Shown: in pieces, positions 54,149 to 64,000 of the stretch
Layout: each line of letters opens with the position of its first letter
Numbering within the stretch: the first letter of the stretch is position 1
DNA from: a virus
DNA length: 64,000 nt
Strand: one strand, 5' to 3'
IMG/VR virus record: IMGVR_UViG_3300042305_002284
Coordinates: 1-64,000 of that record
Notes under the pieces: generated by a model
Database searches by the model: none
Told to the model about the DNA's origin: nothing
The model's input: only the letters and a program-made list of their open reading frames with translations
Translations under genes and position numbers: made by a program

Positions 54149-55951
54149 ATGCCCAAAAAGAACATACCAATAGACTACTCAGCCAGAGACTTTCAAAGTA
54201 TCAAAAATGCTCTTGTAGAGCACGCTAAAAAATACTACCCAGATACCTACAAAGATTTTAGCGAAGTTGGCTTTGGCAGTTTGATGCTAGATACTGTTGC
54301 TTATATTGGTGATAATCTTTCTTTTTATTTAGACTATACAGCAAATGAAACCTTTTTGGATACGGCATCAGAGTTTGACAACATTCTCAAACTTTCAAAA
54401 CCTTTTGGATACAAATATAGCGAAAACCCATCATCGCACGGTATAGCAACATTTTATATACTTGTTCCAGCAAATAGTTTTGCGACAGCGCCAGATCCAA
54501 ACTATTTACCTATTCTAAAAAAGAACAGCACATTTACCAACAGAACTGGAACTTCATTTTCTCTTGTAGAGGATGTGTTTTTCAATAGAGAAGAAAATGA
54601 AGTTGTTGTTGGTTCCGTAAATGAAGATACCGGCTTGCCAGAAACATATGCCGTAAAAGCAAATGGTAAAGTTCAATCTGGATATCTTACACAGACCTTT
54701 TACGAAGTTGGCGAGTTTCAAAGATTTCTAAAAATACAAGTAAATATAGATTTCCTCACGGACATTATTTCGGTAACTGACGCAGACGGAAATGAATATT
54801 ATGAAGTTGATTATCTTAGTCAAGATATTGTATATCGTCCCATAATAAACAGAGATAATAACGACGAGAACTCCGAAGTAAAAAGCATACTAAAACCATT
54901 CTCTGTTCCAAGAAGATTTGTTGTTATTAGAGAAAGAGATAAAACATTTTTACAGTTTGGAACAGGCGATGCTTCGTCTGATACATACAACAGTGAGTTG
55001 GTTGATCCCGCTTCTGTGACAATAGATGTTTATGGGAAAAACTATGTTACCGATAAAGAGTTTGATCCAAATAATCTAATAAAAACTGATAAACTTGGTG
55101 TTGTTCCATCAAATACAACATTAAGAATAATAGTTAGAGCAAACACCTCAAATAATGTAAATACCGGTGCAGGAACCATTACAAGTGTTGGTAGCGCTAT
55201 ATTTGATTTTGGTGATACAAGAAATCTAAATGGAACCCTTGTAAACAATGTTCGTTCATCGCTTGAAGTAAACAATGAAGAACCAATCGTTGGAGATACT
55301 CCACAGGTAACACCAGAGGAGTTGAAGTTTAGAGTTTATAATACATTTGGTGCTCAAAATAGAGCAGTCACAGAAAAAGACTATGAAGCGCTCATGTATA
55401 ATATGCCACCGGAGTTTGGTAGTGTAAAAAGAGCAAGTATTGTTAGAGACTATAACTCTTTCAAAAGAAATATAAATATCTACGTAGTCTCGCAAGATTC
55501 CGCTGGAAAACTTACCAACTCAAATACCGTTCTAAAAGAAAATGTAAAAGTTTGGCTAAATAAAAACAAAATGGTGAATGATACTATTGATATTTTAGAT
55601 GCTAAAATAGTCAATCTTTCTATAAAGTTTAGTGTTGTTTCGGATATAGAGGCAGATAATGCAGAGGTTCTAAGAAACTGCATCTCTGCTCTTGAAACAG
55701 AATATTCAAAAACAAAGTTTATTGGCGAAGCGTTTTTTATAAGTGATGTTTACAATATTTTGAAAACTGTTCAAGGTGTAAATGATGTAAAAAATGTAAA
55801 AGTAGAACAAAAAAGTGGCATTGATTATTCTGATGTGTTTTTTGATATAAACCGTTTTATGTCAAGAGATGGTAGATATATAGAGGCGCCAAAAAATATT
55901 ATATTTGAAATAAAGTTTCCTCGTTCTGATATTTATGGAGAGATTAGTTGA
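54149..55951 (+). CDS. baseplate wedge protein, gp6-like
   Basis: DF.SIK..L, DF....G...LD..AY....LSFY, QFG.G, QNRAVT..DY. Confidence 0.9.
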   Translation: MPKKNIPIDYSARDFQSIKNALVEHAKKYYPDTYKDFSEVGFGSLMLDTVAYIGDNLSFYLDYTANETFLDTASEFDNILKLSKPFGYKYSENPSSHGIATFYILVPANSFATAPDPNYLPILKKNSTFTNRTGTSFSLVEDVFFNREENEVVVGSVNEDTGLPETYAVKANGKVQSGYLTQTFYEVGEFQRFLKIQVNIDFLTDIISVTDADGNEYYEVDYLSQDIVYRPIINRDNNDENSEVKSILKPFSVPRRFVVIRERDKTFLQFGTGDASSDTYNSELVDPASVTIDVYGKNYVTDKEFDPNNLIKTDKLGVVPSNTTLRIIVRANTSNNVNTGAGTITSVGSAIFDFGDTRNLNGTLVNNVRSSLEVNNEEPIVGDTPQVTPEELKFRVYNTFGAQNRAVTEKDYEALMYNMPPEFGSVKRASIVRDYNSFKRNINIYVVSQDSAGKLTNSNTVLKENVKVWLNKNKMVNDTIDILDAKIVNLSIKFSVVSDIEADNAEVLRNCISALETEYSKTKFIGEAFFISDVYNILKTVQGVNDVKNVKVEQKSGIDYSDVFFDINRFMSRDGRYIEAPKNIIFEIKFPRSDIYGEIS

Positions 55952-57375
55952 TGTCTATCAAAAGATATATAGCAGAAAAAGATACGATGATAACTGATGC
56001 TTACAAGCAGAATCAGTTGACTCGCGGAACAAATGCAAACATGGGCGCCTCCGATGTTCTTGAAATCTTTTCCATATATGGACAAGTAACAACAAGTTCG
56101 TATGAAAAAGCAAGAATATTAATACAGTTTCCCATTCAAAACATTATAAATGATAGAAATAATAAAACAATAGCAGTAAGTGGTAGTTGTCAGTTTATTC
56201 TCAAACTAAGCAACGCTTCACACAGCGAATCAACACCAGAAAACATTACTGTTTCCGTAGCAGCAGTATCTGGTGCGTGGGAAGAGGGTCACGGTCTCGA
56301 TCTTGAAGGATATACAGATGTTGGAGTTGCCAACTGGTTGAGCGCTTCTTCTACTGCCGCATGGGCTTCACAAGGTGGAGATACTTATGCCGGCTCAATA
56401 CAGCAAACTATTGTAGAAGTCACAGATGACCTTGAAGTCGACATAACAAGTTTTGTTGAAGAGTGGATCGGTGGAACTAGGCCAAATAACGGTTTACTTA
56501 TTTCTCTTGATGCCGCACTGGAAGCAGATACTCAATCTTATTATACTAAAAAGTTTTTTGCAAGAAGAAGTCAGTTTTTTTACAAAAGACCATGGATAGA
56601 GGCGAGAAGCAACAGTTCAGTAAAGGATAAAAGAAATAGTTTTTATCTTAGTAGTGATTTACTTCCCTCGGAAGATAATCTAAATACATTATTTTTATAC
56701 AATAGTGTAAGGGGTCAACTAAAAAACATACCATCAGTTGGCACAGGAACGCTACTGGTTAGAATGTATTCTGGCTCATTTGACGAAGGTCCGACCGGTC
56801 CTCCTCTTATCCTTTTGAACGGTCCCGGAACTGCTGTGACTGGCGGATATTATTCAACCGGTGTATATACAGCATCAGTTGGTCTTAGTGGCTCTTTTAC
56901 TTGTTTGTATGATGTGTGGCAAACATTTTCTGGCTCACAAATATATACAGGTTCAGCAATAGTTCCAGCAACATATGACCCGGCAGAAGTTCAAGATATA
57001 CCAGAATATGTTTTGACAATACCAACTCTAAAACAATCTTATAGAAGCAAAGAGTTAGCAAGATTCAGAGTAGATGTAAAAGAAAGGCAGTGGGATTCAA
57101 ACATATATCACATTGCGGCATATGAACCAGATAAAACAATAGTTGAAAATCTTTATTATAGAGTGATAAGGTTAGCAGATAACTATGAAGTTGTATCTTA
57201 TGGAACAGGTTCTACAAAGCACACTTTGACTTCTTACGATCTTGAAGGAAACTATTTTGATCTTGATATGAGTTTGTTTGAGTCAGGATATGCATATAAG
57301 TTGTATTTTGGTTTTGACTATAATGGTTCTTTTTATGAAATAAAACATACTTTCAAGTTTAGGGTTGATAAATAA
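55951..57375 (+). CDS. virion structural protein
   Basis: beta-sandwich pattern (RILIQF, WEEG.G, DIT..V..W, NNG); baseplate operon. Confidence 0.7.
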   Translation: MSIKRYIAEKDTMITDAYKQNQLTRGTNANMGASDVLEIFSIYGQVTTSSYEKARILIQFPIQNIINDRNNKTIAVSGSCQFILKLSNASHSESTPENITVSVAAVSGAWEEGHGLDLEGYTDVGVANWLSASSTAAWASQGGDTYAGSIQQTIVEVTDDLEVDITSFVEEWIGGTRPNNGLLISLDAALEADTQSYYTKKFFARRSQFFYKRPWIEARSNSSVKDKRNSFYLSSDLLPSEDNLNTLFLYNSVRGQLKNIPSVGTGTLLVRMYSGSFDEGPTGPPLILLNGPGTAVTGGYYSTGVYTASVGLSGSFTCLYDVWQTFSGSQIYTGSAIVPATYDPAEVQDIPEYVLTIPTLKQSYRSKELARFRVDVKERQWDSNIYHIAAYEPDKTIVENLYYRVIRLADNYEVVSYGTGSTKHTLTSYDLEGNYFDLDMSLFESGYAYKLYFGFDYNGSFYEIKHTFKFRVDK

Positions 57376-60300
57376 TGTCTATAAAAGATCTATTTGGTAA
57401 AAAATCTACAAAAATACTTTCTTCTACAAATCTTGAAGACCTATCTGCCGATGTTGAGTCGGAAGAATATGTCGTTCAAGAACTTGAAGAAAGAAAACTT
57501 ATAAAACCAGATATAGATTATACAGACCCTAAAAACTTTGCTTTCTATGGTTCGGCAAATAAATACTATACTGATGCGATAGAGGGAATAGCAAAAAAAT
57601 ATCCATATGATGGAAGTGCAGCAGAAAAAATAAAATGGAAAAAAGACTCATCCGATTTACAAAACTATATTTTTGACAATGAATATCCAAAAAATACCGG
57701 ATATATAAACATTGGTTATACATATGGCATAACCTCTTCTGTTTCAACAGATCAGTATTCAAATCCGATAACAAAAGAATATATTTCTGTAAAAGGCGGC
57801 CCAAATGCACCCATTGAAACAACTACAAAAACCTCTCAACTGTTCGGAACTTCAAATATTTTAGATGTATCCGAGAACAGAGAGAGCAATCTACTAATAG
57901 ATGGAAACAAAGGTCTGACCTTGGAGTTCTGGCTAAAAAAAGATAATATTAGTGGAAGCAAAAAGCAAGTAATATTTGATTTATGGAATAGTTCAAGTTT
58001 CGGCAGCGACTACGGCAGATTCAGAGCAGAAATACGTCCAGGAATATCTGGTGAAGAAAATAAAATATTTATTGAACTATCTTCTGGTTCAAATGGAGTT
58101 TTACAAACAAGTTTGGGACAAGGCTTATCCCTGAACAATGCTGAGTGGCAACATTTTTCCATATCTGCCATAAACTCTGGCAGTAACCTACAAATAAGAT
58201 TGTATAAAAATGGTATTCTAAACGATAGTGCTATAACAGGAAGTTCAATAGATAGAGTATATGGTCCAATGCTTGGCTGGATAGGTTCTCTTGGAGCACA
58301 AGTTAGCGGTGGCAATGCAGCGCTTGGTTATGGAAAACTTTCTGGCTCATTAGATGAGTTTCGTTATTGGAAGACAAAAAGAACAGAAAAAGATATTGCT
58401 CGCTATTGGTTTACAAATATAAACGGTGGAACCAATACAGATACAGCCAACACTGAACTCGGGGTCTATTATAAGTTCAACGAGGGTGTTTACAACACAT
58501 CATCAGTTGATACAAAATATGATAATAAAGTATTAGATTATTCTGGTCGTTTTTCAAATGGAGTTTGGACTGGTTATACTCTTGGTTCGCGCTCTACTTC
58601 TTCTGCGATAGTAGAGTCTGCGGCAGCAGAAACAGAACAAAAAGATCCTGTTATTTACTTATCTCATCCAGATGTTCAAAGTCTGCTGATAGAAAAACAA
58701 GAACTTGGAACCCTACACGACAATAATAACAGTGCCATGATATACTACACTATCCCAGCGTGGATAGTTGAAGACGATCAAGAAAACGATAGCAATAAAC
58801 TATACGAACTTACACAAATAATAGGTTCTTATTTTGACGAAGTCTTTATAAAAATAAAGCATCTTCCATCAATAAAAGAAGTGTCATACAAGAACGGAAG
58901 ACCTTTTCCCTATGCAATAAAACTACTTGAATCAATGGGCTTTGCCACACAAGATCTGTTTACAAACTCGAGCGTATTGGAAAATCTTGGAAATAGAAAC
59001 GAAACTTCTCTTTATGAAGATAGATTGTTCAATGTAAAAAATCATATATATCAAAACATATACAACAATCTTTCCTATATTCAAAAGAGCAAGGGAACAG
59101 AAAAATCAATAAGAAACCTATTGAGATGTTTTGGTGTTGATGAAGAACTTGTAAAGTTCAACATATATTCAAACGATTCCGTCTATACTTTTGATGACAA
59201 GTATCTCAATACATACTATAAAAAGAAAATCATAAACTTCAATGACCCAGACAGAGTCCAAGGTTCAGTTTACCAGATGACTTCAAGTCTTGACCCAAGT
59301 TCAACTTCGTTTATACAAGGAAACTTAGAACTTGCTTATCATGGCAGCACAATAGAGGCAGAGATAATAACTCCACTATCTTTTGCTCCTTCTGAAAAAC
59401 TTTATTTTCCTAAAAACTTTATAACTTCTTCTATATTTGGTTTACATTCAGCTAATCCGTCATCTCCTGGTAATACAACCTGGTTTGGTTCAGACCTTTC
59501 AAGTTTACAAGTATATTTGATAAAGCCTGAAATGGATTCGCCAGATGGATACTTCTATCTCACTTCCTCTCTTGGATTTACACTAACTTCTTCACTCATA
59601 AGAGATATTTATACAAATCAAAAATGGAATCTTTCTGTAAAAATAAAACACGAAAAATATCCAAATAGTCTAAAAGTTGTTGGGGGAACAACAGGAAGTT
59701 ATATTTTTGAGTTCCTTGCCATAAATACAATACAAGATTTTATACAAAATGAAATATCTCTTACTGCATCTGTAAGTCAAGCAGCCGGCGAGAACTATTT
59801 TGCCGATTCAAAGCGTCTTTATGTTGGCAGTCATAGAACAAACTTTACTGGTTCTATCTTGCAAAATAGCGATATAAAAGTTTCAAGCGTTAGATATTGG
59901 CTTTCATATCTTGAAGATGACATACTTAGACAACACGCGAAAGATCCAACAATATATGGCCCAGAATCGCCTATAAATAACTTAGAGACACTTTACAGTG
60001 GCGGTGTAGGGGAAATACCACAAAGCAAAACGTTAGCCTTACATTGGGATTTTAATCTTGTTACTGGTTCTGATAATGGAAGCGGAACAGGTCCATCAAA
60101 CACATTTGATGGAAAGTTTCAAGTAATAGATGTATCAAGTGCCTCTTTACCAAGCACATATGGCATAATAGGGCAAATAACAAATAATACTCATACAGGT
60201 CGCGGAGATTTCTTTTTTAGAAACAACAACGAAATGGTTGAAAACTCATATATCTCCATAGCAAAACACAGATTGCCGGAAAACTTGATGAGTTCTGATT

Positions 60301-61055
60301 TGATAAACATACTCCAAACAGATGATGAAATATTCACAAGAGATAGTAGGTCAATAAACTATTTCTTTGCCCTTGAAAAAAGTATGTATCAAACAATATC
60401 AGAGGAAATGATAAAGTTCTTTGGAACAATAACTGACTTCAATAATATTATTGGCAAGCCACAATACAGATACGAGAGAGAATATCGCGACTTGGTAAAA
60501 CTAAGAGAAATGTTTTTCCAAAATGTTTCAAACTCTCCGGATTTAGAAAAATATGTTGATTATTTCAAATGGATTGATACATCAATAACCAAAATGATAT
60601 ACCAACTTGTGCCAGCAAGTGCTGATTTTTCTCCAAATATTTCAGATGTAGTGGAAAGTCATGTTTTAGAAAGAAATAAATATGCTTGGAAACTTCCTTC
60701 CATTGAACTAGGCGCCGAGCCGCCAATAACTTCTGTAAAAACCATTGGACAACTAAAATATAACTGGAAATATGGCCACGCACCCATTCCGCTAAATCAA
60801 AATAGAAACTGTCTTTGGTGGAAAGAAAGAAGTGAAAGAACGCCAGAACTTGATGGTATATTCCAAGCGTTATCAAGTGCTTATAAAAGAAAGTTTACAG
60901 AAGTGGCACATCTCGGAACAGATATCCAAATAGAAGTAAATAAAAATCCAAGCAACTTGGATGTTATAAAACCTATAACAAAAATCGGTTCAGGTGGATA
61001 TTTAGAAATCGATATACTCAAAGTTATCGAGAAAAAAGATTGTTTGGACGAATAA
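57375..61055 (+). CDS. baseplate/tail protein with LamG-like domains
   Basis: TLEFWLK, WQHF, GSLDEFRYW; KSKGT..SIRNLLRCFG. Confidence 0.75.
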   Translation: MSIKDLFGKKSTKILSSTNLEDLSADVESEEYVVQELEERKLIKPDIDYTDPKNFAFYGSANKYYTDAIEGIAKKYPYDGSAAEKIKWKKDSSDLQNYIFDNEYPKNTGYINIGYTYGITSSVSTDQYSNPITKEYISVKGGPNAPIETTTKTSQLFGTSNILDVSENRESNLLIDGNKGLTLEFWLKKDNISGSKKQVIFDLWNSSSFGSDYGRFRAEIRPGISGEENKIFIELSSGSNGVLQTSLGQGLSLNNAEWQHFSISAINSGSNLQIRLYKNGILNDSAITGSSIDRVYGPMLGWIGSLGAQVSGGNAALGYGKLSGSLDEFRYWKTKRTEKDIARYWFTNINGGTNTDTANTELGVYYKFNEGVYNTSSVDTKYDNKVLDYSGRFSNGVWTGYTLGSRSTSSAIVESAAAETEQKDPVIYLSHPDVQSLLIEKQELGTLHDNNNSAMIYYTIPAWIVEDDQENDSNKLYELTQIIGSYFDEVFIKIKHLPSIKEVSYKNGRPFPYAIKLLESMGFATQDLFTNSSVLENLGNRNETSLYEDRLFNVKNHIYQNIYNNLSYIQKSKGTEKSIRNLLRCFGVDEELVKFNIYSNDSVYTFDDKYLNTYYKKKIINFNDPDRVQGSVYQMTSSLDPSSTSFIQGNLELAYHGSTIEAEIITPLSFAPSEKLYFPKNFITSSIFGLHSANPSSPGNTTWFGSDLSSLQVYLIKPEMDSPDGYFYLTSSLGFTLTSSLIRDIYTNQKWNLSVKIKHEKYPNSLKVVGGTTGSYIFEFLAINTIQDFIQNEISLTASVSQAAGENYFADSKRLYVGSHRTNFTGSILQNSDIKVSSVRYWLSYLEDDILRQHAKDPTIYGPESPINNLETLYSGGVGEIPQSKTLALHWDFNLVTGSDNGSGTGPSNTFDGKFQVIDVSSASLPSTYGIIGQITNNTHTGRGDFFFRNNNEMVENSYISIAKHRLPENLMSSDLINILQTDDEIFTRDSRSINYFFALEKSMYQTISEEMIKFFGTITDFNNIIGKPQYRYEREYRDLVKLREMFFQNVSNSPDLEKYVDYFKWIDTSITKMIYQLVPASADFSPNISDVVESHVLERNKYAWKLPSIELGAEPPITSVKTIGQLKYNWKYGHAPIPLNQNRNCLWWKERSERTPELDGIFQALSSAYKRKFTEVAHLGTDIQIEVNKNPSNLDVIKPITKIGSGGYLEIDILKVIEKKDCLDE

Positions 61056-61069
61056 GGTAGGAGAATATA

Positions 61070-64000
61070 ATGTCTGATTTCAACACAAGAGGTAAACTTC
61101 CGTTTACTATTGTTAGTTCTTCTGTGAATACCGGCTATGCTGCCGCTCTGACTGCAAGTGTTGGTCGCAATATAGACATTGTAAACAAACACAAAGACGA
61201 ATACGGACAGACAAAAGACTCTCCTGCACAAGGTCCATTTACAAATCAACATGTTGGTGGTAATCAACACCGCCATCAACCAATAAATACTGGAAATGAT
61301 AATCAGAATAACCGAGGAGAAGCATATATCGTATCTGCCTCTGCGGGAAGTATAAAAGTATATGGACCAGATATAAATGGTTTAGATAAACCAAGAAGTC
61401 TTCTAACTCGCGATAATACGGCCAAGTCTCCGGTAAATATAAAAAATATACAAACAAGTGGAAATATTGCTGGTAACTTTGAATACAACTATCAAGTTGT
61501 TCAAAGTGTTGGCCGCAGAACTACAAACAATCTCATAAACGATGGTTTTGAAGCAAGTGGAAGTCTAACAACAAAGTTCGTTTCAGGTTCTCATGAAATA
61601 TACACTCTTCCAAATATAACAAACAATAGTAAAAGTATATTTGTTGAGCGTTTCAATGCTCCCGGTGGAAAAGAAGAAAGTTCAAGAGGAGCACTTGATC
61701 GTGAAGGTGAAGAATTTTCGCCCAATAACTCTCTTACAACAAGAAACATAAAAGTCAGGCAGCCATATTATAATCAACTAACACAACATGCTGCACAGTT
61801 CAATAGTGGCAGCACAAATAAACTATTGCCAGACACAGGAATAACTGATGCCGTAACGGTTCATGGTGTAAACAGAAATACAATAGAAAAGGTTTTGACG
61901 TTTCCAGAAATAATGTCACAAAAATCAATATTGAGTGGCTCTTTGGCGACGGATTCTAACGATAACTTTGGTTTTTCTATTGCAATGAACTCCACGGGTG
62001 ATCGTGTGGTTGTTACTGCCTATACTGATGAGAAAATTAGTGGAAATTCTAACATTGGTTTGGCTTATGTGTTCATCAGTGGAACCGGTGGCTGGTCTGA
62101 ACAACACATATTAAGCGGTTCTTTGGCAACAGGTTCTTCAGATCAGTTTGGCGATTCCGTAGCAATGAATGCTGATGGCGACAGAATAGTCGTTGGTGCT
62201 ATTTTTGATGAAAAAAGTGGAAGTGCTAATAGTTCTGGTTTGGCTTATATATTCGTTAGTGGAACCGGTGGTTGGGCAGAACAACACATATTGAGCGGTT
62301 CATTGGCAACAGGTTCAAGCGATGGTTTTGGTAATTCTGTTGCTATCAATGCTACTGGTAATTGTGTCGTGGTAGGAGCTAGAAATAATGAAAAAAGTGT
62401 CATCACCGCTAGTTCTGGTTTGGCTTATATATTCGTTAGTGGAACCGGTGGTTGGGGAGAACAACACATATTGAGCGGTTCATTGGCAACAGGTTCTTTT
62501 GATTTTTTTGGCACTTCTGTTGCTATCAATGCTACTGGTAATTGTGTCGTGGTAGGAGCTAGAAGTGATGAAAAAATCAGTGGAAATAACAATACTGGTT
62601 TGGCTTATATCTTTGTCAGTGGAACCGGTGGTTGGGCAGAACAACACATACTGAGCGGCTCATTTGCTTTAGAGTCTGATGACTTTTTTGGCAATCACAT
62701 TGCTATTAATGCCGCTGGTGACAGAATAGTGGTTGGTGCTTCTTTTGATGAAAAAAATAGTGGAAATATCAATACTGGCTTGGCTTATATATATGTCAGT
62801 GGGGCAAGTGGCTGGACAGAGCAACAGATATTGAGCGGCTCTCTGTCGACAGAAAGTAGCAATCAATTTGGCTATTCTGTTGCTATCAATAATAGCGGAG
62901 ATCGCGTCGTTGTATCAGACACATATGATCTTGCGAGTGGTCAATCGGGTATTGTTTATCTGTTTGTTAGCGGAGCAAATGGTTGGACTCAAAGACATAT
63001 ATTTAGCGGTTCCTTATCAACAGAGCCAAATGACTTTTTTGGTTCTTCTGTTGTTATGAATGCTGCCGGTAGTCGTGTTGTGATAGGCGCAACAAGTGAT
63101 GAAAATATTATTGGAAATACCGAAACAGGTCTTGCTTATATATTTGATACAACGCAAGAAGAAGAAATAATCAATCTAACAACCCATGATAACTTCTGGG
63201 TTCAACACGCAATACCATCAACTGATCTAAGGTACAAATGGATTGCTGAATCTGTATCAAGCAGTCAACAACCAATACAATATCAAAGTTACAATCTGCC
63301 ATATTCAACAGGTAGTTTATATAACTCCAATGGAGCATATACTGACATATCTTTTGAACAAACAGGACCATTTGGCGATCATTTAGGTATAAGTGGCGCT
63401 ATTGATAAAGATGAAATGTTTACAAGCAATTATACAAATACAATGTATAGAGATAGAAAATATTTATTCTTTACAGCAAGCAATGACTGTTTTATAAATG
63501 CTTCAAGTATAGCGCAAGAAATATCTGAAAAAGACTTTTCTGTTTCTTTTTGGGTAAGTTTTCCAACCAGCGCAAGCAATGGAGAAAAAACACTATTAGT
63601 CTATTCTGGTTCTTCAACTCAAAATGAACTTGTAATGAATGTTAGTTCTTCGCTTTGCGGTCTTACAATATCAGGATCTCAAACAACAACAGAATATCAA
63701 CTTAGTTCAAGTTTATTAGATAGTTCTTGGCATTTAGTAACAGTAACAAGTGATGTTACAACGAGAACGCGAAGAATAACAACTGTTGCTGGCAGCGTTA
63801 TTGAAACAACATCATTCCCAACTGTTACAAATGTTTATTTAGATGGCGGCTTGGTTAGCAGAATTTCACAGCCAAATAAAATATTCAACCTTTCTCAAAT
63901 AACACTTTCAGTTGGTAGAGGTTCTGAACTTCAAGGTGGAAGTTTAGATGAAGTATATTTCTGGAATAAAGCTCTAACAGAGCAAGAGATAGTAGAAATA
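61070..64000 (+). CDS. large structural protein with FG-GAP beta-propeller and LamG-like domain (runs off the window end)
   Basis: ATG after GGAG; open frame to the window end, so absent from the ORF track; FG.SVA.N..G..VVVGA repeats; FSVSFW...WHLV...Y.DG...LDEV..W. Confidence 0.85.
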   Translation, partial: MSDFNTRGKLPFTIVSSSVNTGYAAALTASVGRNIDIVNKHKDEYGQTKDSPAQGPFTNQHVGGNQHRHQPINTGNDNQNNRGEAYIVSASAGSIKVYGPDINGLDKPRSLLTRDNTAKSPVNIKNIQTSGNIAGNFEYNYQVVQSVGRRTTNNLINDGFEASGSLTTKFVSGSHEIYTLPNITNNSKSIFVERFNAPGGKEESSRGALDREGEEFSPNNSLTTRNIKVRQPYYNQLTQHAAQFNSGSTNKLLPDTGITDAVTVHGVNRNTIEKVLTFPEIMSQKSILSGSLATDSNDNFGFSIAMNSTGDRVVVTAYTDEKISGNSNIGLAYVFISGTGGWSEQHILSGSLATGSSDQFGDSVAMNADGDRIVVGAIFDEKSGSANSSGLAYIFVSGTGGWAEQHILSGSLATGSSDGFGNSVAINATGNCVVVGARNNEKSVITASSGLAYIFVSGTGGWGEQHILSGSLATGSFDFFGTSVAINATGNCVVVGARSDEKISGNNNTGLAYIFVSGTGGWAEQHILSGSFALESDDFFGNHIAINAAGDRIVVGASFDEKNSGNINTGLAYIYVSGASGWTEQQILSGSLSTESSNQFGYSVAINNSGDRVVVSDTYDLASGQSGIVYLFVSGANGWTQRHIFSGSLSTEPNDFFGSSVVMNAAGSRVVIGATSDENIIGNTETGLAYIFDTTQEEEIINLTTHDNFWVQHAIPSTDLRYKWIAESVSSSQQPIQYQSYNLPYSTGSLYNSNGAYTDISFEQTGPFGDHLGISGAIDKDEMFTSNYTNTMYRDRKYLFFTASNDCFINASSIAQEISEKDFSVSFWVSFPTSASNGEKTLLVYSGSSTQNELVMNVSSSLCGLTISGSQTTTEYQLSSSLLDSSWHLVTVTSDVTTRTRRITTVAGSVIETTSFPTVTNVYLDGGLVSRISQPNKIFNLSQITLSVGRGSELQGGSLDEVYFWNKALTEQEIVEI
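61928..63150 (+). repeat. seven ~180-bp coding tandem repeats (FG-GAP blades)
   Basis: units start at 61928, 62108, 62288, 62468, 62648, 62828 and ~62999. Confidence 0.88.

Noticed and set aside
61928-63150. DGR template/variable repeats
   Set aside because: No reverse transcriptase in the window; repeats are in-frame tandem blades and differences are not adenine-specific
5810-63371. Numerous minus-strand ORFs overlapping long plus-strand genes
   Set aside because: Antisense shadows with no motifs or expression signals

Overview
The window is a segment of a large, AT-rich, T4-like/jumbo myophage genome using the standard genetic code. It contains gp25- and gp6-like baseplate wedge genes, a spike candidate, a gp55-like sigma factor, PIN-PhoH, uvsE, dCMP deaminase, seven tRNAs and a glycan-biosynthesis island. 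The most unusual part is a GC-richer ~3.2 kb block (about 1700-4950) of single-gene cassettes. Every intergenic gap there holds a 42-bp dyad of two back-to-back sigma54 (RpoN) -24/-12 consensus boxes separated by exactly 10 bp: 8 dyads, 16 boxes. Eleven CRP-type TGTGA-N6-TCACA sites lie at near-fixed distances from the dyad ends. The cassette genes have their own sigma70 promoters (five appear leaderless), and two are paralogous AT-hook + AbrB/MazE-like DNA-binding proteins. The dyads occur regardless of gene orientation, which suggests a host transcription-factor decoy, scaffold or insulator rather than ordinary promoters. Other notable signals: strong TTAA avoidance that lapses abruptly inside the glycan island, tRNA-Ser(ACT), tRNA-Ile(TAT), a short-arm tRNA-Leu next to a TrmL-like methylase, a candidate pseudoknotted ncRNA, a probable restriction-modification pair, and a TATTTA late-promoter motif. 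All calls are by-eye motif recognition; no database searches were run.
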